Positions 1 to 10,162 of a DNA stretch of 50,616 nt are shown here, piece after piece. Below the pieces are notes generated by a model. That model searched no databases. It was given only the letters and a program-made list of their open reading frames with translations, and was not told where the DNA came from. The DNA lies in contig JBCNUW010000015.1 in the NCBI GenBank assembly GCA_039630575.1, positions 1 to 50,616 on the forward strand. The letters run 5' to 3'. Within the stretch, counting starts at the first letter, position 1; every line of letters begins with the position of its first letter. This DNA comes from Candidatus Hydrothermales bacterium (GTDB lineage Bacteria; Hydrothermota; Hydrothermia; Hydrothermales; JAJRUZ01). Both the position numbers and the translations under genes were made by a program.

Positions 1-516
1 GTAGGAAAGATTTTAAATTTAGCTCAGATAATTTCTGGAAGAGGGAAATATTTAATCGATGCTACAGAAGGTATTTATCCACTATGGGGGGCTAATGGGA
101 TTTTAGGATATATTGATACTTATGATTTAGAAGGTTTTTCAATAATAACCGGTCGAGTGGGCACTATTGGAAGAGTATTTATTGCTGATGGAAGGTATGC
201 TATTTCTGATAATGTTCTTTGTTTGCTTCCAAGACAAAATTATTTAATATTTTTTTTGTTTATGTGGCTTAAATTGCGGATAGATTTTGAATCTTTAAAT
301 GTTGGAACTTCTCAACCTTTGATTACAAAGACAAGTCTGGGGAATGAGCCTGTTTTAATTCCTCCAGTACAAGTTTTTGAGTTCTTTTATTCTTTCACAG
401 ATCCTCTTTTTCAAAAAATTCTTCTCAACCAAAAACAAATCATGACTCTTAAAAAAATCCGTGACACTCTTTTACCTTTACTTGTTTTTGGTAAATTAAG
501 GGTGGAGGAGATATAA
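1..516 (+). CDS. hsdS: Type I restriction-modification specificity subunit, C-terminal part (runs off left edge)
   Basis: Frame 1 is open from base 1 (VGKILNLAQIISGRG...YPLWGANGILGY...ITGRVGTIG), beyond the ORF-track start at 157. Ends in the HsdS conserved helix (GTSQPLIT...IPP...LKKIRDTLLPLLVFGKLRV). Stop overlaps the hsdR ATG. Confidence 0.93.
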   Translation, partial: VGKILNLAQIISGRGKYLIDATEGIYPLWGANGILGYIDTYDLEGFSIITGRVGTIGRVFIADGRYAISDNVLCLLPRQNYLIFFLFMWLKLRIDFESLNVGTSQPLITKTSLGNEPVLIPPVQVFEFFYSFTDPLFQKILLNQKQIMTLKKIRDTLLPLLVFGKLRVEEI

Positions 517-3500
517 TGCCATACTTAACCGAAGAATACTTAGTTGAACAGACAGCAATTAACTGGTTTAAGGAACTTGGGTATAAATATATTCATGGTT
601 CTGATTTAATTCCTGAGTTTAATCAAAGAGAATCTTACAGAGATGTTATTTTAAAGAGTAGATTTATTTCAGCCATCAAAAGAATAAATCCATGGCTTAG
701 AGATGAACTTGCAGAAGAGGTTTATAAAAGGGTAAAGGAGCTTGAGCATCCTGATTTTGTTATGAAAGGTAAAATATTTTATGAACTTTTAACAAATGGA
801 GTAAGATTAACTTTTAAAGAAGGTAAAGAAGAAATAGCTAAAATTGTTAAAATAATTGATTTTGAAAATATTGAAAATAATGAGTTTCTTGTGGCAAACC
901 AGTTTAAGGTTGAATATCAATATGAAAGAGATTTATATAGAAAGCCTGATCTTGTTGTCTTTATAAATGGTCTCCCAGTCGCTGTATTTGAACTCAAAAA
1001 TTTTAATGCTGATGAAACAGCAAAGGATGCTTTTGACGACCATAAAATTAAAATAAAAGATATACCTCAACTTTACTCTTATTCCCAAATTGTTGTAGTT
1101 TCTGATGGATATGAAACAAAATATGGTTCCCCAACAAGTGAATGGGAAAGATTTTTTATCTGGGAAGGAATTTTAAGTGATGATGATCTAAAAGTAGAAG
1201 AAATCACAGAAGGTTTTTATCGCTATTTGTATAAAGATATGGAGCTCACGTCTCTTGAAGTTTTATTAAAAGGTCTTTTTAGAAAAGAGCATCTTCTGGA
1301 GTTCATAGATGATTTTATCTTTTATGATAAAATAGGTGAAAATTATGATAAAAAGATAGCCATTTATCATCAATTTTATACAACAAAGAAAGCAGTTGAA
1401 AGAACTAAAAAATGTGTGTTAGAAGGGAAAATACCGGAAGATAGGAGAATAGGTGTTGTCTGGCATACTCAGGGGACTGGAAAATCTCTTACAATGCTTT
1501 TTTATGCAAGAAAAGTATTAAAAATAAAAGAACTTGAAAATCCACTTTTAATTTTTATCACTGACAGAAAAAATCTTGATGAACAACTCTATTCTCTTTT
1601 TTCTCAAATGCCAATCGTTAGACATGCAGAGAGTATAAAGGAATTGCAGGAAATTATTAAAAATACAGCAGGTGGAATAATATTTGCAACGATACAGAAA
1701 TTCGGAAAAAGAAATGAGGAAGAATATCCATTTTTGACAGATAGAAAAAATATAATAGTAATTGCTGATGAAGCCCACAGAAGTCAATATAGAGAACTTG
1801 CACAAAATTTAAGAAACGCAATTCCTAATGCTTCCTTTATGGGTTTTACTGCAACACCTATTGAGCTTCAGGATAGGGATACCTATCTTGTTTTTGGTGA
1901 ACCAATAAGTATCTATTCAATGGATAAGGGATTAAGACACAAAGTTATTGTTCCTATATATTATGAACCGAGGCTTTCACAATTACATCTTACAAATGAA
2001 TTTATTGATGAAGAGTTTGAAGAGATTTCAGAAGGAGTTGAGCCTGAATTAAAGGAACACTTGAAAAGAAAATATGCAAGAATTGAGGAATTGATTTTAA
2101 ATACTGAAAGAATAAATAAAATAGCAAGCGATATTGTGGAGCATTTTAATAAAAGAGTTCAAGAGTTTGAAGGTAAAGCAATGGTAGTTGTTATTTCAAG
2201 AAAAGTAGCAGTTAAACTTTATGAAGCCATTAAAAAGATTCCCGCTGCTCCTTCAATTGAAATAGTGATGTCAGGAAACAAACAGAGGGATCCGATAGAA
2301 TTTCATCCTCACATAAGGAATAAAAATGAAATGGAAGAACTGCTTGATAATTTTAAAAATCCAGAAAAAGAGCCAAAAATTGTAATAGTTGTAGATATGC
2401 TTTTAACAGGTTTTGATATTCCTTGTCTTCATACTATGTATTTTGATAAACCTATGAAAGATCATAATTTAATTCAAGCAATTGCAAGAGTAAATAGAGT
2501 TTTTAAAGATAAACCGGCGGGTTTAATAGTAGACTATATTGGTATTGCCGATGATTTAAGAAAATCCCTGAGTAAATACACAATTGAAATAATAGAAGAA
2601 GTTCTTGTAGATATAAATAAGGTTATAAATCTATTAAAAGAAAAATATGATATTGTAGCTTCAATGTTCTACGGGCTTGATTACAGAAATTGGAAATATT
2701 TAAAGCCAGAAGAATTAGCTCGTTTAACAGTTTCTGCATATAATATGCTGGATGACGAAGAAAAGAAGAAAAAATTTATAAAAAATTTTATTATATTAAA
2801 GAAAGTTTATGCTCTTGCCTCTCCTCATCCTGAAACAATCAAAATTAAAGATGACATAAGATTTTTTGAAATGATTAAAAAGATGATAATAAAGTATTCA
2901 CGAATAAAAAGGGAGATACAAAGAGATATTGAATATGAGATGAGTCAGTTAATCTCAAGGAGTATTTCAGCAGAAAAGCCAATAGACATATTCTCTTTAC
3001 TTGAAAAAGAAAGACCTGATATTTCTATACTTGATGAAGATTTTCTTAACCAGATTAAAAATATTCCTCAAAAAAATTATGCTGCTGATTTAATCATTAA
3101 AATTTTAAAAGACCAATTAAGAATAAAAGTTAGAAAGAATCCTTTTAGATATAAATCTTTATATGAAATGCTTGAAAAAATTATAGAGAAATACAATATA
3201 AAACTTATCAACGCGGCAGAAGTAATTGAAGAGATTATAGAAATTGCAAAAGAATTAAAGAGGAAAATTTTTGAAGGAGAAAAAACAGATTTAACAGAGG
3301 AAGAGCTTGCTTTTTATGATATGTTAATGAGAAAAGAAGGGATATTTGAAAATGAAGAGAAAATAAAATATGTTGCAAAAGAGGTTATTAAGAGATTAGG
3401 ATATTTTGTAAAAATTGTAGATTGGAATAAAAAAGAAACTTTAAAGGCAAAAATTAAGATGGCAATCAAAGAGATATTAATGGAAACAGTGAATGAAGGT

Positions 3501-3572
3501 ATAGAGTATGAAAGAATTGATTCTATTGCAAATGAGATTTATAGTCATGCGGAAGTCCTCTTTAGGGTTTAA
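516..3572 (+). CDS. hsdR: Type I restriction endonuclease subunit R
   Basis: Nuclease motif KPDLVVFINGLPVAVFELKN, Walker A WHTQGTGKS, DEAH box, FTATP, MLLTGFD, QAIARVNR; 1018 aa, directly after hsdS. Confidence 0.97.
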   Translation: MPYLTEEYLVEQTAINWFKELGYKYIHGSDLIPEFNQRESYRDVILKSRFISAIKRINPWLRDELAEEVYKRVKELEHPDFVMKGKIFYELLTNGVRLTFKEGKEEIAKIVKIIDFENIENNEFLVANQFKVEYQYERDLYRKPDLVVFINGLPVAVFELKNFNADETAKDAFDDHKIKIKDIPQLYSYSQIVVVSDGYETKYGSPTSEWERFFIWEGILSDDDLKVEEITEGFYRYLYKDMELTSLEVLLKGLFRKEHLLEFIDDFIFYDKIGENYDKKIAIYHQFYTTKKAVERTKKCVLEGKIPEDRRIGVVWHTQGTGKSLTMLFYARKVLKIKELENPLLIFITDRKNLDEQLYSLFSQMPIVRHAESIKELQEIIKNTAGGIIFATIQKFGKRNEEEYPFLTDRKNIIVIADEAHRSQYRELAQNLRNAIPNASFMGFTATPIELQDRDTYLVFGEPISIYSMDKGLRHKVIVPIYYEPRLSQLHLTNEFIDEEFEEISEGVEPELKEHLKRKYARIEELILNTERINKIASDIVEHFNKRVQEFEGKAMVVVISRKVAVKLYEAIKKIPAAPSIEIVMSGNKQRDPIEFHPHIRNKNEMEELLDNFKNPEKEPKIVIVVDMLLTGFDIPCLHTMYFDKPMKDHNLIQAIARVNRVFKDKPAGLIVDYIGIADDLRKSLSKYTIEIIEEVLVDINKVINLLKEKYDIVASMFYGLDYRNWKYLKPEELARLTVSAYNMLDDEEKKKKFIKNFIILKKVYALASPHPETIKIKDDIRFFEMIKKMIIKYSRIKREIQRDIEYEMSQLISRSISAEKPIDIFSLLEKERPDISILDEDFLNQIKNIPQKNYAADLIIKILKDQLRIKVRKNPFRYKSLYEMLEKIIEKYNIKLINAAEVIEEIIEIAKELKRKIFEGEKTDLTEEELAFYDMLMRKEGIFENEEKIKYVAKEVIKRLGYFVKIVDWNKKETLKAKIKMAIKEILMETVNEGIEYERIDSIANEIYSHAEVLFRV

Positions 3573-4080
3573 CAAAGAAAGATACTAAAATAAAAAGTAG
3601 GTAAAACAACAGTGAAGAATAAATCGACATCCGCTTTCAAGATATTAAATAATTTCTATACCGTTACTCTTGAGATTAACATAAGAAGAATGCAAAGAAG
3701 TCTATTTGGATGGAGGAGAACTTTTAAAAAATAGATTAAAGAAAGAAGTGTTTAAAAACTATAGCCTGGAAACATAGTTACTATGAGCATATCATATAGA
3801 ATAATAGAATTTAAAATTTTTAAAAATATATCATCAATAAACATGTATTTATTATCTATTTTACTTGCAATGGTTCTCAAATGCTGGAAGCGTTGTTTTT
3901 CTTGTATTCAGAAAGTTATGTGTTCTTTTTTTAATTATAAAAAGTTAAAAAATGAAAAATTAGAAAGTGTATTGAAAGTCTTTCAAAATTTTCCTCCTTA
4001 ACCCTTCATTATATTTAGAGGTAATTTTTGTCACGGGAAAAATAAAAAATAGTAATTTTAAATCAATTTTATGTGACATT

Positions 4081-4438
4081 TTTAAGGGCAATTTTATGAT
4101 ACAAAAATTTTAGCTTCCATAATAGAAAAAACTGAGAAATGAGTTTGATGTGAAAGATTTTTGTATTTTGTGAATAAAGGAATGGTTTGTAAAAGAGTGA
4201 TAAAAAAGATAGAAAATATGGGAATTTATTATATTTGGCTTCAGGATAAAATCAAGTAATAAAAGGTTATTTTAAAAATAGAACAGAGAGAAAATAAAAG
4301 AGGAAGAAAAATTTGATGGTGTTTATTCTTTTATAAAAAACAGAGAATATTACTTTAAAGATTTAAAGAATATATTTAAATTAAGGACAGTTTTTTATTA
4401 GAATAGAAGAAATAATAAAAAGACATATTTTTGTAAGG
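4081..4438 (+). mobile_element. Heavily decayed IS1634-family transposase remnant
   Basis: Fragments across frames keep family motif order: FKGN/YDTKILASIIEK/LRNEFDV, YFVNKGMV (cf. FVADRGM), KIKEEEKFDGVY (cf. xDGxY), EYYFKDLKNIFKLRTVFY* (cf. ExxFRxLK..LRPxFH), EEIIKRHIFV (cf. RIxAHxF). Multiple stops, frameshifts and large deletions. Confidence 0.7.
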
Positions 4439-4738
4439 AATGGAAAAGTTAAGAATTGATAGGTTAAAAAGTGAATAAACTCTTTATAAGGTTATATTAA
4501 ATAGTCCTGCACCCTAAGTTGTAAATGAAATCTTTTGAATAAGAGATAGTAAAAACTAAATTTTTATGATTTAAAAATTTTTGAATCCAAATGATTTACA
4601 AACTTACTGTAAAAGATAAGCATTAAGTTTAACTTTTTAAAATATTATTTTGATTTCAGGTAATTTTAAATTTTAAAAACTTTAATTTTTAATTATTGGT
4701 AGAAATAATTTGAGAATAAAGAGCTTGATATTAAATTA

Positions 4739-5512
4739 TTATAACGAAGATGAAGTGAAATAATCTCGTGCTTCTTCAATCCCTTTTATTAATTTAATGT
4801 CTAATCCTCTAATATGTTCTTCGACACCAGGACGGCAGAATATTGCAACTATTATCTTTTCATCTATTTTCTCATTTTCTTCAAATTCATAAAATTTTAC
4901 AATTTTTTCAAATTCTTCAATATCGGCTAAACTTAAGGAAGATTTAACCTCAATTGCTATCTTCTTTTTATCTTTTATAATGATATCAATCTCTGTTGGT
5001 CTTGGAAAAGTAAAAAATTTGCACTCCTTATCAAATTTTTTCCACTTGATCACTTTATATCCAACCTCAGATAAAACCTCTTCAAATCCCTTTCTAAACG
5101 CATCTTCTGCTCCAATTCCCCATCTTGAACCAATCGCCGAAATTGTATCCCTTAAAATCTTAAACCCACTATCCATCCTTAAAGTTAACTCTTCAAATCT
5201 TTTATCTACCTCTTCAAACCTTTTATTTATTTCTTCAAATCTTTTATCTACCTCTTCAAATCTTCTATTTATTTCTTCAAATCTTCTATTATTTTCCTCT
5301 CTTTGCGCCTTTAATTCCTCTTCTATTTTCACTAATCTTTCTCTCTGTGCCTTCAATTCAAGGAGTATTTCTTTTATTTCCTCTTTTGTAACCGCTTTCC
5401 TCTCAATTATCTCTTCAATCTTTAACCTTATAGAAGGATATTTTTCAATAATTTCAGGCAGTTTTTCCTCAATTATTTTTATTATTTCTTTTTCAGATAA
5501 AATTTTTCTCAT
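4739..5512 (-). CDS. Coiled-coil protein with C-terminal PD-(D/E)XK nuclease-like domain (DUF3782-like)
   Basis: Heptad repeats (RRFEEIN/KRFEEVD), then AIGSRWGIGAEDAFR and EIDIIIK...IEVKSS. Confidence 0.8.
   Translation of the reverse strand: MRKILSEKEIIKIIEEKLPEIIEKYPSIRLKIEEIIERKAVTKEEIKEILLELKAQRERLVKIEEELKAQREENNRRFEEINRRFEEVDKRFEEINKRFEEVDKRFEELTLRMDSGFKILRDTISAIGSRWGIGAEDAFRKGFEEVLSEVGYKVIKWKKFDKECKFFTFPRPTEIDIIIKDKKKIAIEVKSSLSLADIEEFEKIVKFYEFEENEKIDEKIIVAIFCRPGVEEHIRGLDIKLIKGIEEARDYFTSSSL
5190..5294. repeat. Five 21-bp coding tandem repeats
   Basis: Units start at 5190, 5211, 5232, 5253 and 5274, all beginning TCTTCAAA. Units 1 and 3 are identical (TCTTCAAATCTTTTATCTACC). They encode the heptads of the minus-strand gene. 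Confidence 0.9.
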
Positions 5513-5535
5513 ATTAAAACCTATTCCTATTGAAA

Positions 5536-5564
5536 ATTATACAAGAAGCATATAAAGATTTCAA
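5536..5564 (-). promoter_or_regulatory. Sigma70-type promoter for the DUF3782-like gene
   Basis: TTGAAA (5564-5559), 17 bp, TATAAT (5541-5536); 23 nt upstream of ATG 5512. Confidence 0.65.
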
Positions 5565-6087
5565 ATTTTAACCTCAAATATCTTAAGTTTATATGCATAG
5601 AAGCTTTCAATAAAAAGGACTATGAGTAAAAGTTTAGCAAATTCTGTAATAAACCTTACTTAAAAAGGAGAGAAATCCAAAGAAATACTTTAAGGATAAC
5701 TAAAAACGCTTTAAAATGGCTTTTTGGTTAACTATAGATTTTAATGTTGCAAAAAGAACAGTTTTAAAAAGTTTTAGATATTAGAGACGCATGAGGATTC
5801 AAAGGTGAGAAAAACTTATAAAAATATACTAAATTACTATATTCAGTTAAACACAATCTGATAAAATTTAGAGTAGTTTGAAAGATGATCTAATGGAATG
5901 ATTAACTATTTAAGGTCATAATGATAAAATTTTTGTAACCGATTGTGAAGAGTATCCTCTAAATAAAAATATAAGTTTTATAAACCACTTTATACAAAAT
6001 TTGTGATCATACTTTACTATATACTAAACTAAAAATTAAGAGGTGATAAATAAATTCAGCATACTTTATAAAAAGAAAGTGTTAAAA

Positions 6088-6627
6088 ATGAAAATTTATA
6101 AAATTTGGTTTTTATTTTTATTATTTTCATCTCAGATTTTTTCTTACGATATAGTAAATTGTGCGATGGATTACTTGGGAGTTGAGTATAAATGGGGAGG
6201 AAGGTTAACAAGAAAAAATCCCGGTTTGGATTGTCTTGGACTTATATTTTTAGCTTATTCTAAGGCATATAGAAAAAGCTGGGTCTTGCTCCCCGTAAAC
6301 CCAAGTGAACTTGTAAAAAGTAAAAAACTTGGAATACCTGTTGAAGGACTCAATGGAGTATTAAAGGAAGAAATTGATACATCAAGATTAAAAAGAGGAG
6401 ATATAATTTATTTTCTTGTTCCTTATCCTATTGGCAATGATAAACCGCTTGCAAAGATAGAGGATAAGGATTATTATGCCTGGCACCTTGGGATTTATAT
6501 AGGAAATGGTGAAGTGATAAATGCCTATCCAGGAGATAAAGTAAGAATAGACAAATTAATTGATATTATCGGAGAAGATGGAGCAATATTTGTAACAAGA
6601 ATAGAACAAACTCCTTCTAATAGATAA
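6088..6627 (+). CDS. NlpC/P60 (C40) family peptidase, exported
   Basis: YLGVEYKWGG, GLDCLGLI (catalytic Cys), WHLGIYIGNG (His). Signal-like MKIYKIWFLFLLFSSQIFS from ATG 6088, preferred over GTG 6043. Confidence 0.88.
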   Translation: MKIYKIWFLFLLFSSQIFSYDIVNCAMDYLGVEYKWGGRLTRKNPGLDCLGLIFLAYSKAYRKSWVLLPVNPSELVKSKKLGIPVEGLNGVLKEEIDTSRLKRGDIIYFLVPYPIGNDKPLAKIEDKDYYAWHLGIYIGNGEVINAYPGDKVRIDKLIDIIGEDGAIFVTRIEQTPSNR

Positions 6628-6652
6628 ATTTTTAATTACTTTTTTAAACGGG

Positions 6653-8134
6653 CTAAGTAGGTATAAATATAAATAAGCCAAAGAGTATTATAAAGAAACC
6701 GAGTATATCAAAAAATATGCCAGCCCTGAGCATTTTTGTAATTGGAACAAGTCCAGAGCCATAAACGATAGCATTTGGTGGGGTAGAGATTGGTAGCATA
6801 AATCCATAGCTTGCGCCGATACAAGCACCAATTGCTGGGTATAAGGGATTAACATTTGCTGCCTGCGCAATTGAAATCATTATGGGTATTACCATATTGG
6901 CTGATGCAGTATTAGAAGTAAGTTCACTCATTATAATACCAAATCCAATCGCTAAGGCAGTTATCGAGAATAAGTCTTTTGCTCCTGTTATGTTGATAAG
7001 TAGTTTACCAATTGAGTCTCCTAAACCTGTTGTAAACATTAGATTGCCAAGAGTAAGACCACTACCGAATAAAATTATTGTCCCCCAATCGATTTTAACA
7101 GCATCTTTCCATTCTAATGTAAATTCAAGCCTTCTAAAGTTTATAGGTAACAAAAACAATAAAGTAGCACCTATTATCGCTACAACTGCCTCTGGAAAAG
7201 TGGACTCGTACCACTTTGTTTCTATTCCAATTATAGACATAAATCCAGGCAAAATCCATAGTAAAACAGTTATTGAAAAAGCAATCAACACATTTCTTTC
7301 ACCCTTTGTTATTCTTCCGAGTTCTTGCTTTTTTTCCTTAATATAAGAATTAATATCAACAACACCTTTTATCTCTGGTGGATGTAAAATTGTTATAAGA
7401 AAATAAAGAAAAATGAACATAATAATTACAATCGGTAAGGCAAACATCATCCATTCAAAAAATGATATTTTTATGTTTAATATTCTATCAATCATACCAA
7501 TTCCTATAATATTTGGTGGTGTTCCTACAGGTGTAGCAATTCCACCAACAGAAGACGCATAAGCTAACATGAGCATTAAAGATGTAGAATATTTGGGTGA
7601 TCTATTTATGCGATTTATAACATTCAATACACCAAGACCTATTGGAAATAACATACAAGTGGTTGCAGTGTTGCTAACCCACATAGATATTAAACTTGCA
7701 ATCAATCCAAATAGCAAAAGTACACGTTTTACATCTTTACTCATAAAATTAAGAGAAAGTAGATAAAAGGCGAAACGCTCATGTAACTTGTACTTTTTCA
7801 TTGATTCAGCAATGATAAAACTCCCAATAAATAGAAATATAACAGGATCAGCAAAAGGTGCAAATACTTTTCTTGCTTCCTCAATACCAAATATAACAGC
7901 AAGTGAAGCACCTAATAGCCCTGTTGCTGGTATTGGTATTGGTTCACAAATCCACCATACTATTACTAGAGAAAGAATTGCTACTAATCTGTGTGCTTTT
8001 GGCGTTAAATCTGGTAATGGAATAAAATAGATAATAATAAAAATTATAGGACCCAAAAATAAACCAACTTTCTTTTTTAAACTTTCAAACCTTTTCTCTC
8101 CCTCTGATATTACTTCTTTTATTTCCATTTTCAA
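6653..8134 (-). CDS. DASS/SLC13 family sodium:di/tricarboxylate (or sulfate) symporter
   Basis: Two SNT motifs (ISMWVSNTAT, SELTSNTAS), TPVGTPPN, FMLPISTPPNAIVYGSG; many TM helices. Start is TTG 8134 or ATG 8128. Confidence 0.93.
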   Translation of the reverse strand: MKMEIKEVISEGEKRFESLKKKVGLFLGPIIFIIIYFIPLPDLTPKAHRLVAILSLVIVWWICEPIPIPATGLLGASLAVIFGIEEARKVFAPFADPVIFLFIGSFIIAESMKKYKLHERFAFYLLSLNFMSKDVKRVLLLFGLIASLISMWVSNTATTCMLFPIGLGVLNVINRINRSPKYSTSLMLMLAYASSVGGIATPVGTPPNIIGIGMIDRILNIKISFFEWMMFALPIVIIMFIFLYFLITILHPPEIKGVVDINSYIKEKKQELGRITKGERNVLIAFSITVLLWILPGFMSIIGIETKWYESTFPEAVVAIIGATLLFLLPINFRRLEFTLEWKDAVKIDWGTIILFGSGLTLGNLMFTTGLGDSIGKLLINITGAKDLFSITALAIGFGIIMSELTSNTASANMVIPIMISIAQAANVNPLYPAIGACIGASYGFMLPISTPPNAIVYGSGLVPITKMLRAGIFFDILGFFIILFGLFIFIPT

Positions 8135-8159
8135 CTTAATTATAAAGGAAAAGGCTATT

Positions 8160-8188
8160 TTGATAAAAAAATTAGATTGCTATATAAT
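8160..8188 (+). promoter_or_regulatory. Sigma70-type promoter, probably leaderless
   Basis: TTGATA (8160-8165), 17 bp, TATAAT (8183-8188), 6 nt, ATG 8195; no Shine-Dalgarno. Confidence 0.7.
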
Positions 8189-8194
8189 TTAAAT

Positions 8195-10159
8195 ATGAAA
8201 GAAATTTTGTTACTTCTTTTTTTTTCCCAATATGGAGGAAGTCTTAGATTCCTGTATAAAACTAAAGTAAATGATGATACAGGAATTGCTTATCAGTCAA
8301 GACCTTGTGTTTATTACAGTAGTTTGGATTCTACACTATATGTTGTCTTTGAAGATGATAGAGATAGGGATAATTTAAAGGAAATATATTTTTCAAAATC
8401 AACTGATTTAGGAAGAAATTGGACTTATAATAAATTGATTAGTCCTGATAAAGATAGAGACGATTATTTTCCCTGGATGAGTGTTTCAAAAAATGGAGTA
8501 ATACATATTGTATGGCAATCTGTCAAAGCAGGTAAAGGAAAGATTTATTATACTCGTTCAGAGGATAAAGGTAATACATTCACTTCACCTGATACATTAC
8601 CCGGTGTAAGTGTTGTTTATAGCACCTTTTCAAATATAAACTTTGGACCACAACCAAAAATAGCTTGTGACCCAAATGATGATAATACAATTTATGTTGT
8701 ATGGGCTGATGATAGAACTGGCCTTATTCAAATAAGGATTGCTCGCTCTCTTGATGGTGGAAATAACTTTACTGATTTAGGTATTGTTGATAAAAATCTT
8801 TTTAATGTTAATCGTTCACCTTATGTGATTGTTGATGATTCAGGTTTTGTTCATGTTGCCTGGGTAAGAGGAAATTCTGGAAATAACCAAGATCCTCACC
8901 CTGATATAGGTTATAACCTTTCAAAAGATAAAGGAATTAATTTTTTAAATAAAGACATTTTTGTAGTGGATAACCCAGGTTATGAAGCTTACAGAGGTAG
9001 TCCATCTATTACCTACGTTAAGGGTGAAATACTTATTGTTTGGGAGGATGCAAGGGGATTCCCTGATGGTGAACCTCATATTTATTTTGCAAAGAGAAAA
9101 ATTTCAGGCGATTCAATTTATTTCACCCAAAATATAAGGGTTGATATTTCTTCAGGGAAAAGCAATTTCAGACCAGTATTTTTTGTCGACCCAGAGGGCA
9201 AAGGAGTATGTGCTTGGCACTCAAACCTTGTAAGGGACGATTATTACAGTATATTAATGTCTGCTTATTTAGATACTTTAAATGCCTTTAGTCCTGCAAG
9301 GCTTGTGTTTGAATTTGATACAACCTTTACAGGAACAACAAATGCAAATTTTGGTAATGCCTTTTATCCACCCTCTTTATTTGTTGATACAATTTCCGGA
9401 TTAACGAACTTTTTCCTTGTTTGGCAGGATTTAAAGGAAGACCCTCTCGGAAACATCTATTTTATAAGAGGTAAAGTAATTGTAGCCCTATCCGATTTGG
9501 ACATCCACGGGAACACACTTGATGTTAAAAATGATACTCTTTTTTTTGGTGAAGTTCCTTGTGATTTATATGTTAAAAAGAAATTACTTATCGTAAACAC
9601 TGATACTCTATTTAATCCAGATCCTTTAGATGGACCCTCTAGAAGGGTAATTTTTAATCTGAAGGCAGATACTATTTTACTTAAAGGACCTCAGGGTGGG
9701 TTATCTAAAGTTTTTGCGTACGGTGAACTACCAGAAACTTTGGTAATTGGTGAGAAATTTGAAGTAACTTTAATGTCCTTTATAAAGGATGAAAGTCCCT
9801 ATGGTTTTTATCATGGAACACTTCATATAAGTGGTATAGATAAAGACTCAGCCATTGTTGGAGATAGTGTTTTTATTTTGATAAAAGGTGGAAAGGCAAA
9901 AGAGAATCTTGATGATGCTTTTGTTTATCCTAACCCTTTTAAGCCCTCAGAGGGACACAGTCATATCAGTTTTACAAATTTATCTGCAAATTCAAAAATC
10001 ATCATTTTTGATGTAAACGGTAATAAAATTAAGGAACTAATTGCTAATGGAGATGGTTCAGCAAGATGGGATGGTAAAGTTGCTTCTGGTGTATATACTT
10101 ATGTTATAAAAGATAAAAATGGAAATAAAAAAGTCGGTAAAATAGCAATTGTGAGGTAA
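8195..10159 (+). CDS. Secreted Asp-box (BNR/sialidase-like propeller) protein with T9SS/FlgD-like C-terminal domain
   Basis: Asp boxes STDLGRNW, SEDKGNTF, SLDGGNNF, SKDKGINF; repeated V(W/F)xDxR blades; C-terminus VYPNPFKP...IFDVNGNKIK...WDG...ASGVYTYVIK...KIAIVR. Confidence 0.8.
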   Translation: MKEILLLLFFSQYGGSLRFLYKTKVNDDTGIAYQSRPCVYYSSLDSTLYVVFEDDRDRDNLKEIYFSKSTDLGRNWTYNKLISPDKDRDDYFPWMSVSKNGVIHIVWQSVKAGKGKIYYTRSEDKGNTFTSPDTLPGVSVVYSTFSNINFGPQPKIACDPNDDNTIYVVWADDRTGLIQIRIARSLDGGNNFTDLGIVDKNLFNVNRSPYVIVDDSGFVHVAWVRGNSGNNQDPHPDIGYNLSKDKGINFLNKDIFVVDNPGYEAYRGSPSITYVKGEILIVWEDARGFPDGEPHIYFAKRKISGDSIYFTQNIRVDISSGKSNFRPVFFVDPEGKGVCAWHSNLVRDDYYSILMSAYLDTLNAFSPARLVFEFDTTFTGTTNANFGNAFYPPSLFVDTISGLTNFFLVWQDLKEDPLGNIYFIRGKVIVALSDLDIHGNTLDVKNDTLFFGEVPCDLYVKKKLLIVNTDTLFNPDPLDGPSRRVIFNLKADTILLKGPQGGLSKVFAYGELPETLVIGEKFEVTLMSFIKDESPYGFYHGTLHISGIDKDSAIVGDSVFILIKGGKAKENLDDAFVYPNPFKPSEGHSHISFTNLSANSKIIIFDVNGNKIKELIANGDGSARWDGKVASGVYTYVIKDKNGNKKVGKIAIVR

Positions 10160-10162
10160 AGT

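Noticed and set aside
3596..3735. VGKTT P-loop-like fragment after hsdR
   Set aside because: Preceded by a stop, no start codon, and no further ATPase motifs.
3783..4001. 72-aa ORF, and an AAGGAGG on the opposite strand near 3992-3998
   Set aside because: No recognisable motif; the SD-led minus-strand frame stops after 8 codons. At most an unidentifiable relic.
4029..4078. TGTCAC...GTGACA inverted hexamer before the IS relic
   Set aside because: Only 6 bp and does not extend; cannot be assigned as an IS end or operator.
4515..4606. Imperfect inverted repeat TAAGTTGTAAAT / ATTTACAAACTTA (MITE or IS end?)
   Set aside because: 12-bp match needs a gap, lies in very AT-rich DNA, and has no target duplication or second copy in the window.
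5190..5294. Repeats as a possible CRISPR array
   Set aside because: Contiguous 21-bp units with no spacers; in-frame heptads of a protein; no cas genes seen.
4980..5555. 191-aa plus-strand ORF
   Set aside because: Antisense shadow of the coiled-coil gene; Ser/Leu/Asn pattern comes from reverse-complemented Glu/Lys/Arg codons.
5600..6040. Coding-like purine-rich intergenic stretch (MSKSLANSVINLT*...)
   Set aside because: Only short stop-interrupted fragments; no family or RNA structure recognised.
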